Shown here piece after piece: positions 37,945 through 45,645 of a stretch of 64,000 nt of DNA. The stretch is from Candidatus Zhuqueibacterota bacterium (GTDB taxonomy: Bacteria; Zhuqueibacterota; Zhuqueibacteria; Thermofontimicrobiales; Thermofontimicrobiaceae). Numbering within the stretch: the first letter of the stretch is position 1; each line of letters begins with the position of its first letter. Made by a program: the position numbers and the translations under genes. Where the stretch lies: assembly GCA_049322915.1 (NCBI GenBank), contig JBMOPW010000014.1, positions 224,001-288,000 of the forward strand, written 5' to 3'. Below the pieces are notes generated by a model, which saw only the letters and a program-made list of their open reading frames with translations, was not told where the DNA came from and searched no databases.

Positions 37945-39423
37945 TTGAAATCTCAATTGAAGAACATGTTCAGGGAAGGAGAGAATCTTTCCAGCAAGAC
38001 GAAGCGAGGAAGCATCTGGGTATTCTTCACGAACATTATCGGCAACATTCTGAATGTGATTGTCTCCATTGTGTTGGCGCGATGGTTTCTTGGCCCGGAA
38101 GAATTCGGACTGGTGAGCATTACCATCCTCGTGTCCGAAGTGATACGCATGCTGTCGTCCCAGGGGATTTGCGATGTCATCATCTACATGAAGGATGACA
38201 GGCCCATCGCCATCAATACTCTTTTTATCATGGCGACAGCACTGGGACTGTTTTTGGCAGGCGTCACGGTCGCCCTGATCCCGGCGCTGGTCAGCTATTT
38301 CAAGCACGACGAATTGCGCGCTATTTTCCCCATCGTGGCCATTACATACCCGTTCATTTCCGGCAGTTCAATTACCCTGGCTTTGCTGAGAAAAGAATTG
38401 AAATTCAAGAATGAATCGTTTGTGCTGTTGGTCTCTCAAATTATCAGCACAGCGACGACATTAATTCTCGTGTTCCTTGATTTCAATGTGTACGCGGTGA
38501 TCTACGGGATGCTGGCCAAAGCCGTGGCGACTTTCTTCATTTCATTCTGGTCAGCGCGCTATTTCCCAAAATTCGAATTTGATTTCAAAGTGGTGAAAGA
38601 TACCTTCAATTATGTGAAGTACGTGACCGGTGAATTGGGCGTCATGTTTCTCCTGGAGCGAACCGATCAGACGGTGATCCCACGGTTTCTGGGAACCGAG
38701 GCGATGGGCTTTTACACGACGGCGTTCAACTTCGTTGAATACCCGCTGATGATGACGCGGATGACGTTTCACAAGGTATTGTTCTCCGGCTACTCGAAAT
38801 TGAATGATAAGCGGGACCGATTGAAGGAAGTATTTTTGGAAATCAGTCAGCATATTTCTATCTTTTTCATCCCGTTATTCGTTGGCCTGGGCGCAGTAGC
38901 ACAGCCGTTTATTCATTTTGTTATCGGGCCCAAATGGCAGCCGTGCGTTTTGCTGGTGCAGATCATTAGCCTGTACGCTGTCGTCAAGACCATTGCCATC
39001 ACATTCCCGCAGGTGATGAAGGCTGTTGGAAAACCAAAGTATCTCTTTTATTACAATCTGGGCCGGGTCGTGATTATGATTCCTGCCCTGATCCTGGCGG
39101 CACAGCGCAGCATCATCACCGTGGCTGTGACGATGGTCGCGATTTTATGGCTGTCAAAGCCGGTGCAGGTCTGGATGCTGCATCGCTCCATCGGAGTCAC
39201 AGTGACTGAATTCATGAAAACTTGCTATGCGCCCCTGCTTGCATCTGCTGTGATGTTCATGAGTATCATTTTCGCGCAAAGAATACTGCCGGAAATGGGC
39301 AATGGCGCCATGCTGGCCGTATTGATTTTCATTGGAATTGTCGTCTATTTCGGTGGCATGCTGCTCATCAGTTACAAACAAAGTGTGGAATTTAAAAACT
39401 TCATCCGGGCGTATTTCAAGTGA
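37945..39423 (+). CDS. wzx: Second flippase (WzxC/PST-type)
   Basis: VLARWFLGPEEFGL; LLRKELKFK; LGTEAMGFY; IGPKWQP; KAVGKP; about 12 TM helices. TTG start. Confidence 0.87.
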   Translation: MKSQLKNMFREGENLSSKTKRGSIWVFFTNIIGNILNVIVSIVLARWFLGPEEFGLVSITILVSEVIRMLSSQGICDVIIYMKDDRPIAINTLFIMATALGLFLAGVTVALIPALVSYFKHDELRAIFPIVAITYPFISGSSITLALLRKELKFKNESFVLLVSQIISTATTLILVFLDFNVYAVIYGMLAKAVATFFISFWSARYFPKFEFDFKVVKDTFNYVKYVTGELGVMFLLERTDQTVIPRFLGTEAMGFYTTAFNFVEYPLMMTRMTFHKVLFSGYSKLNDKRDRLKEVFLEISQHISIFFIPLFVGLGAVAQPFIHFVIGPKWQPCVLLVQIISLYAVVKTIAITFPQVMKAVGKPKYLFYYNLGRVVIMIPALILAAQRSIITVAVTMVAILWLSKPVQVWMLHRSIGVTVTEFMKTCYAPLLASAVMFMSIIFAQRILPEMGNGAMLAVLIFIGIVVYFGGMLLISYKQSVEFKNFIRAYFK

Positions 39424-39468
39424 GAGCGTCGCGGATTAAAGTGGCAAAATACATGGGGATTTTTTCTT

Positions 39469-40602
39469 ATGGAGCATAAAAAAATCAATGTTCTGCAATT
39501 GGTCGAAGGCCTCAGCTACGGAGGAGCAGAGGATAAACTTGTTGAACTGATCAATCACATGGATTCGTCCCGGTTCAATACGATCATGTGCAGTCTTGGT
39601 CTCGGCGATGATATTCATGATAAGGTACTGAAATCCGGCATTCAATTAGTGATGATGCCGAGAAAAAATCGCTTCGACATGGGACTGCTGCTACGACTGA
39701 AAAAAATGATGAAGGAAAATGAAATTGATATTGTGATGACTACGCTTTTTTACGCGGATGTCATGGGCGCGATCGCCGGCAGAATGGCCGGCGTGAAAGC
39801 GGTGTTTTCATGGGAGACCATTTCAGCGCCGGAATGGCTGATCAAACGGCGCCTCTGGCCGTATCAATTCGCCATGCGGTATTGTGCAAAAGTGGTTTCG
39901 GTTTCCAAAGCGACGGCTAAATTCCTCATTGAGGAACGCGGCGTGCCGGCAGAAAAAGTGATGATTATCCCCTATGGCGTCAATCTCCGGCATTATATTG
40001 TGGGTGATGGTAACGCGATGAGGCAACGGCTTGGGCTCAACGGCAAAGATTTTATCATCGGCATGGTTGCACGACTTCATCCCCAAAAAGGACATCAATA
40101 TTTATTCGAGGCGGCCAGATCCATCGTGGCAAAGTATCCCCATGTAAAATTCCTCATTGTCGGAGAGGGCGAGATTCGCAGAGAGCTGGAAGAGTCGGTC
40201 CAAAAGATGGATTTGTCATCGAACGTGACATTCTTGGGTCACCGAACGGATGTGAACGACTTGCTCAAAGCATTTGACGTTTTTACGCTGCCGTCGTTGT
40301 TTGAAGGCCTGCCTAATGTGGTGCTGGAAGCCATGTCCGCCGGGAAACCGGTTGTCGCAACATCAGTCGACGGCACTGTGGAGGCAGTGGTTCACGGTGA
40401 GACGGGATTGCTCGTCCCACCGAAAGATCCGGAGAAGCTGAAAGATGCTTTCATTCAGCTCATCGAGCACAAGGACCAGGCGCGCGATATGGGCAAAAAA
40501 GGACGACAGCGGATTGAGAACGTTTTCTCTCTGGACAAACAGGTCGAGGCGTTTCAGAACCTCTACGAAGAATATTATCAGAAGGCAAATAGAAAGAGCT
40601 AA
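39469..40602 (+). CDS. Glycosyltransferase family 4
   Basis: YGGAE; VARLHPQKGH; LPSLFEGLPNVVLEAMSAGKPVVAT. Confidence 0.92.
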   Translation: MEHKKINVLQLVEGLSYGGAEDKLVELINHMDSSRFNTIMCSLGLGDDIHDKVLKSGIQLVMMPRKNRFDMGLLLRLKKMMKENEIDIVMTTLFYADVMGAIAGRMAGVKAVFSWETISAPEWLIKRRLWPYQFAMRYCAKVVSVSKATAKFLIEERGVPAEKVMIIPYGVNLRHYIVGDGNAMRQRLGLNGKDFIIGMVARLHPQKGHQYLFEAARSIVAKYPHVKFLIVGEGEIRRELEESVQKMDLSSNVTFLGHRTDVNDLLKAFDVFTLPSLFEGLPNVVLEAMSAGKPVVATSVDGTVEAVVHGETGLLVPPKDPEKLKDAFIQLIEHKDQARDMGKKGRQRIENVFSLDKQVEAFQNLYEEYYQKANRKS

Positions 40603-40614
40603 AGGAGCATCTTC

Positions 40615-41406
40615 ATGAGTTATACATTTTATTCATTTCGGAATCGGACAGAGCAAGATGAAGGCATGTGGGCGGATCAAACGTTCGATGGACTGGTGGC
40701 CAGCGCCAAAAACAGGAAGCTTCATCGAATTCTGGATATACATTTGCCCCGTCCCGGGAAAGTGCTGGAAGCCGGCTGCGGCATGGGCACCTGGGTCCAT
40801 ATCATGAAATTGAAAGGGCATGATATCATCGGGATTGATTACATGCAATCCACGGTGGATAAGGTGAAGTCGTACGATCCATCGCTTCCCATCCAGCAGG
40901 GCGATGTGAACGCGCTGGAATTTGCAGACAATACGTTCGATGGCTATGTTTCGTTAGGAGTTGTCGAGCATTTCCAGGAGGGGCCGCAAAAAGCCCTCAC
41001 TGAGGCATATCGCGTGCTGAAACAGGGAGGCGTTGCTTTTATCACTGTGCCCTATTTGAATGTGTTTCGCCGATTGGTGACGCATCCCATGCGGGATGTG
41101 TATTTTGCACTGAGACGATTGCAGGGCAAAACGGATTATTTCTGGGAATATCGGTATACAAAGAAAGAGCTGGCTGGCTTCATTGAAGATGCCGGTTTCA
41201 AAGTTGTCGATGTGGATATCGATGACTATATCGAAGAAGATAATATCCATCACATCGGTTTGTACGCGGACTTCTTCTTCCTACGTTCGAAGCAGGGAGA
41301 ATTATGGGAACTGAATTCGGTGGGGAAACTGCTGCTGCGCATCGGGAAAATGTTTTCTCCCTGGCTTTTCTGTTCCGGCCTGCATATCGTTGCTGTCAAA
41401 GAATAA
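40615..41406 (+). CDS. Class I SAM-dependent methyltransferase
   Basis: VLEAGCGMG; IGIDY; GDVNALEF; SLGVVEHF; RVLKQGG. Confidence 0.9.
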   Translation: MSYTFYSFRNRTEQDEGMWADQTFDGLVASAKNRKLHRILDIHLPRPGKVLEAGCGMGTWVHIMKLKGHDIIGIDYMQSTVDKVKSYDPSLPIQQGDVNALEFADNTFDGYVSLGVVEHFQEGPQKALTEAYRVLKQGGVAFITVPYLNVFRRLVTHPMRDVYFALRRLQGKTDYFWEYRYTKKELAGFIEDAGFKVVDVDIDDYIEEDNIHHIGLYADFFFLRSKQGELWELNSVGKLLLRIGKMFSPWLFCSGLHIVAVKE

Positions 41407-41421
41407 CGCGCTGTTTTTTAC

Positions 41422-42462
41422 ATGAATAAAAAAAAAGCAAAAAACCTGATCAATTCCCTGTTCGCGAAAACGGGCGTCGCTTCGCTGACGTCCCGATTCG
41501 TCACTCCCCGTGGGTACGCGAGGATATTGCTCTATCATCGCGTCAATGATCTGGTGTTGAAAGAATCATCCATTTCCGATCGATTGACAGTCACTGCCGA
41601 TAACTTCAGACGGCACATGAAATATGTAGCTGCCAATTTCAATGCCATGTCCCTGCCGGAGTTCGTTGCCAGCGCCAGGACAAAATCTGAAATCGCCAAC
41701 AGAGCGGTCATTGTGACGTTTGATGACGGCTATCTGGATAATTACCGTTTTGCATTTCCCATTCTCAAAGAGTTCAACATTCCAGCCACAATTTTTTTAG
41801 CCACGGACTATATCGGTTCCAATCGCTGTCTCTGGTGGGACGTGCTCGAGGAACTCGTTCTTGATCCAGGAATTGAACTGAAAAAGCTTGATTTGCTGGA
41901 GTTCAAAAACGAGGGTATAAATTTTGCAAAAGAAGATAGAGTCACCATCTTCTGGAAAATGTATTGGTATTTGAAATCGGTGGAGCCATCTCAGCGAGAG
42001 GAAATCATGACTCGGATTTTTCAGGCATCGGAACGAACGTCCGAAACGCAGTGTCTGAGCGCCAGGCGCATGCTTGCGTGGGATCAGATTCTGGAAATGA
42101 GTCAGCACGGGATCACGTTTGGGGCGCACACCCGGAGTCATGTGGTTCTCTCAAAAGTACCCCTGTCCTCGGCCAAAACCGAAATTGTCAATTCTAAAAA
42201 TGAAATTGAGCGCGAGACAGGAACGGCCGTGACCAGTTTTGCCTATCCCAACGGGGGGCTCGATACGTTCAATGAAGATATCATCGATATTCTGAAAAAG
42301 GCCGGCTACACCTGTGCTGTCACGACGGTGAAAGGATTCGCCTCGCCGAAAGATGATCTATTCCGATTGAAACGATACAACATCGATGGTGAGGACAGCT
42401 TCAGCACGTTTCAATGCAAGCTTACGGGCGTTTATGAATTGCCCGGGCTGAAATCAATTTAA
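41422..42462 (+). CDS. Polysaccharide deacetylase (CE4)
   Basis: ILLYHRV; VTFDDGYLDN; FGAHTRSH; FAYPNG. Confidence 0.92.
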   Translation: MNKKKAKNLINSLFAKTGVASLTSRFVTPRGYARILLYHRVNDLVLKESSISDRLTVTADNFRRHMKYVAANFNAMSLPEFVASARTKSEIANRAVIVTFDDGYLDNYRFAFPILKEFNIPATIFLATDYIGSNRCLWWDVLEELVLDPGIELKKLDLLEFKNEGINFAKEDRVTIFWKMYWYLKSVEPSQREEIMTRIFQASERTSETQCLSARRMLAWDQILEMSQHGITFGAHTRSHVVLSKVPLSSAKTEIVNSKNEIERETGTAVTSFAYPNGGLDTFNEDIIDILKKAGYTCAVTTVKGFASPKDDLFRLKRYNIDGEDSFSTFQCKLTGVYELPGLKSI

Positions 42463-42478
42463 GAATGAAGAGCAGGTA

Positions 42479-45355
42479 ATGGATCAACATCAGGAGAGTG
42501 GGAAAATGGAACACGAGCCGACATCTTTACGGTCGGGGGGCATTTACCGCAACACATGGTTAGGCGTCGTCATCACGGCGCTCTTACTGCCGCTGACAAC
42601 GTCGCAGGCGCAGTACAATCATTCGTATCCCCGAACCAGCGTGTTTAACTGGGGCGGCGCTCCGGTTGAATGGTACGCCAAATTTGATCTGATTGATACG
42701 CCCTCCAATGAAGCGAGTTTTGTCAATGGCATCAAAGCGATAAATCCCGATGCGATGGTGCTGCCAACGCGCGATTGGAATTACGCTGCCGGCATCGAGC
42801 CTGTGCCGGATGAGTGGTATGTGAGAGATTCGAAGGGGAACAAATTCCCCATTTACGGCGGCGGCTGGAACCTGGTCGATTTTTCGAACTTCTGTCCCCG
42901 AAGCTCTTACTACGGCAACAAACGATACAATGAGTATCTGCCGGAATGGGTAGTTCAGTATAGCAATCTATCGGTTGTCGATGGTGTTGCCTGCGACGGA
43001 ATATGGGAATATCCGTATCAGACCGATGTCGATAAAGATGTGGACCTGGACCGAAATGGCGTCAACGACTGGAATGAACATGGCCGGGATTGGATCACAG
43101 CGCGATGGTTGGAAGGCGTCGAGGCTATTTTATCGAGAATTCATGGACTCATTGGCGAGCGGCCTTTTCTGGTGAATACCGGTCGATTCCATAGCTGGGG
43201 TTGGGAAACGACAAGTGGCGTGTTGCTCGAGAAAAGCTGGGCGCTTTACGATTGGCAATGGTGGAAATCCACAAATGATAAATGGATTAAAAAAGCGCCG
43301 CAGCCGCATGCTCAGCTTGTCGAAGGGTGGGCCGGTTATCGTCATTCCGGCGGGCCGGAAAAATCGAAGAATGATTTTGTCACCATGCGGTTTTTGCTGA
43401 CATCGACTATGCTGGGAGATGGCTACTTCACGTTCTGTGATATTGAAGCCAATGAACATGCATATAATAAATACTTCGATGAATTCGATCTGGATATTGG
43501 CTTCCCCACAACGGATGCGCAGGAATTAGGCAATGGCGTCTGGGTTCGGTTCTTTGACAAAGGCGTCTCGCTGGTGAATCCAACAGGCAGCGACCAATAT
43601 GTTTCGGATGGGGATTTATCCTCGCGGTCCGGTTACGCCGGCCCCTACTATCGTTTTTATGGCGGACAGGATCCTGACCACAACAATGGTGAAAAATTCA
43701 CCAGCATCACGCTTTACGGCGAGATGGATAATTCCCAAATCGATGACAAAACCATTGGAGATGGAATTATTCTGATTAGCGAACCGCTTTATGTTGTATC
43801 CGATATCATGCTGGATGATCATGATGCCGGCACGTCGCCGGCCAATGATCCCCCTGAATTCGTGGGCAACTGGGAACATAGCTACGAGCGATATGCATTA
43901 GCCTACACCCTCATCGCCAAAGAGCACATGGGATTGTTCGCCTACAGCGCGGCCCCTGCCGGCTCCGGCGAAGCAACAGCCACCTATCGCGTTCAGGTGG
44001 GAGTTTCTGCTCGATATAAATTGTATGAATGGCATGGCCATCATGGTTCAAGCCCCGGCGATTACCAGGAAGGAACCAATGTTCCCTATGAAATTAAGCA
44101 CGCCAGCGGGACAACGAATCTGACCATCAATCAATCGCAAAATTACGGTCAATGGAATTTGTTGGGCACATTTGAATTCGTGAAGGATGCGGATCAGTAC
44201 ATTCGAATTTCCAATAACGCCAATGGCTATGTCCTGGCCGATGCGTTCAAGCTGGAATTCGATGGCGTCGGGCCACCCGACAATACGCCTCCCAATTCGC
44301 CGCGGGATTTCCGGAGCGATGTGAAGACCGACAGCAGCATCACGCTCGCCTGGTCTGCGCCAACGACAGCGGAGGACGGAGATGGCGCCACAGCATATCA
44401 GATTTACAAAGATGGCGCGCTGGTTCGAACCCAGGGTGGAACGACGTACCTGGTCACGGATCTGACGGAAAATACTTCCTACTATTTTGAAGTGTACTCG
44501 GTGGACGACCGGGGCAATGTGAGCGCCCAGCCGGCTGCCGGGAATTTTACAACATTGGCGGATGTGATTGCACCGACGGTCTCCGGAGCGACGCCGTTGG
44601 GAAAGGCGCTGGTTCAGGTCGATTTTAGCGAGCCGGTAGCTGAATTCAGCGCCGAGAACGCTGGCAATTATTTAATCTCCAATGGCATTTCCGTGGTCTC
44701 GGCAAATTTGTTAGACAATCTGAAGACTGTACATCTCGTCACCACGGCGCACGATGTGGGGACAAGCTATACAGTGACGGTGAGCAATGTGACCGATCGC
44801 GCCACGGTCCCCAATGTCATCGGAGCGAGCAACCGCGCAGTTTATGCTGGCATCAGCGACCCGCTCTATGTCTCGGTGGCCGTGGATAACCAGTGCGAAG
44901 TGTACATCAATGGCGCCTATGTGGGCAACAATACCCGCTGGGAAGTGGCGCAGCAGTTCATGGCTGCTTCGCGCAGCGATAAAAATATTGTGGCCATCAA
45001 AGGCGTGGATGCGGCTGAGAAGGCCGGACTTGTTGCTGTGGTGGACTTCGATGGCAAGCGTTATGCCTCCGATGAGAACTGGAAAATCTCAACTACAGAG
45101 CAATCCGGCTGGCAGTCGGTGAATTTCGATGATACAAATTGGCAGAAAGCCACATCGTACGGATTGCATGGAGTGGCTGAACCCTGGTCCCTGTACAGAA
45201 ATGTCACGGGAATCCCGACGGATAGCGGAGTAAAATGGATCTGGAGTGCGGACAATGATAATGATAATGTCGTTTACGTCCGGTTCACCCTGAGAATGAC
45301 AGGCGATACAGACGCACCGAATCCGCCGCAGAATGTGAAAGTGAATCACCCTTAG
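42479..45355 (+). CDS. Secreted putative glycoside hydrolase (GHL15-like barrel) with CBM-like, FN3, Ig-like and lectin-like domains
   Basis: Signal peptide ending ...TTSQA/Q; MRFLLTSTMLGDGYF; FDEFDLDIG; GVWVRFFDKGVSLVNPT; INQSQNYGQWNLLGTF...VLADA; FN3 ITLAWSAP. Confidence 0.65.
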   Translation: MDQHQESGKMEHEPTSLRSGGIYRNTWLGVVITALLLPLTTSQAQYNHSYPRTSVFNWGGAPVEWYAKFDLIDTPSNEASFVNGIKAINPDAMVLPTRDWNYAAGIEPVPDEWYVRDSKGNKFPIYGGGWNLVDFSNFCPRSSYYGNKRYNEYLPEWVVQYSNLSVVDGVACDGIWEYPYQTDVDKDVDLDRNGVNDWNEHGRDWITARWLEGVEAILSRIHGLIGERPFLVNTGRFHSWGWETTSGVLLEKSWALYDWQWWKSTNDKWIKKAPQPHAQLVEGWAGYRHSGGPEKSKNDFVTMRFLLTSTMLGDGYFTFCDIEANEHAYNKYFDEFDLDIGFPTTDAQELGNGVWVRFFDKGVSLVNPTGSDQYVSDGDLSSRSGYAGPYYRFYGGQDPDHNNGEKFTSITLYGEMDNSQIDDKTIGDGIILISEPLYVVSDIMLDDHDAGTSPANDPPEFVGNWEHSYERYALAYTLIAKEHMGLFAYSAAPAGSGEATATYRVQVGVSARYKLYEWHGHHGSSPGDYQEGTNVPYEIKHASGTTNLTINQSQNYGQWNLLGTFEFVKDADQYIRISNNANGYVLADAFKLEFDGVGPPDNTPPNSPRDFRSDVKTDSSITLAWSAPTTAEDGDGATAYQIYKDGALVRTQGGTTYLVTDLTENTSYYFEVYSVDDRGNVSAQPAAGNFTTLADVIAPTVSGATPLGKALVQVDFSEPVAEFSAENAGNYLISNGISVVSANLLDNLKTVHLVTTAHDVGTSYTVTVSNVTDRATVPNVIGASNRAVYAGISDPLYVSVAVDNQCEVYINGAYVGNNTRWEVAQQFMAASRSDKNIVAIKGVDAAEKAGLVAVVDFDGKRYASDENWKISTTEQSGWQSVNFDDTNWQKATSYGLHGVAEPWSLYRNVTGIPTDSGVKWIWSADNDNDNVVYVRFTLRMTGDTDAPNPPQNVKVNHP

Positions 45356-45550
45356 TACATCGTTTCACAATTTCTTGTAGGGTAGGTTGTCATGCCCCGT
45401 CCGTCGGCTGACGGACTATCGGGCGTCCACAAAATGGATTCCCGATAAAAACATGTGACCGAAGGGAATGCCGTGGTACGGGAATGACAGCATTCTATGA
45501 ATGCAGTTTTTAAAATTTTCAAACCCTATAAAAATTTATGAAACACTGTA
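45356..45550. mobile_element. 195-bp non-autonomous MITE-like element
   Basis: 28-bp terminal inverted repeats, 22/28 identical (TACATCGTTTCACAATTTCTTGTAGGGT vs reverse complement TACAGTGTTTCATAAATTTTTATAGGGT). Flanked by a perfect 5-bp direct repeat CTTAG at 45351-45355 and 45551-45555. Confidence 0.75.
45388..45489. repeat. REP-like palindromic element (TGTCATGCCCCG...ATCGGGCGTCCA...TGGATTCCCGAT...CGGGAATGACA) nested in the MITE
   Basis: Terminal and internal inverted repeats seen directly; contains the near-perfect 16-bp palindrome TCCGTCGGCTGACGGA at 45400-45415. Confidence 0.65.
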
Positions 45551-45645
45551 CTTAGGCTGCTGATTTGATTAAGAAAATTGGAAACGCCAGATAACAATTC
45601 TTTGGATAAAAAATTCTGGCGTTTCTTTTTACACGTGAAAATTGT

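Noticed and set aside
41428..41436. A9 run at the start of the deacetylase (also G7 at 8193-8199) as phase-variation tracts
   Set aside because: The runs are short and in frame, and are explained by Lys/Gly codons; no evidence of slippage.
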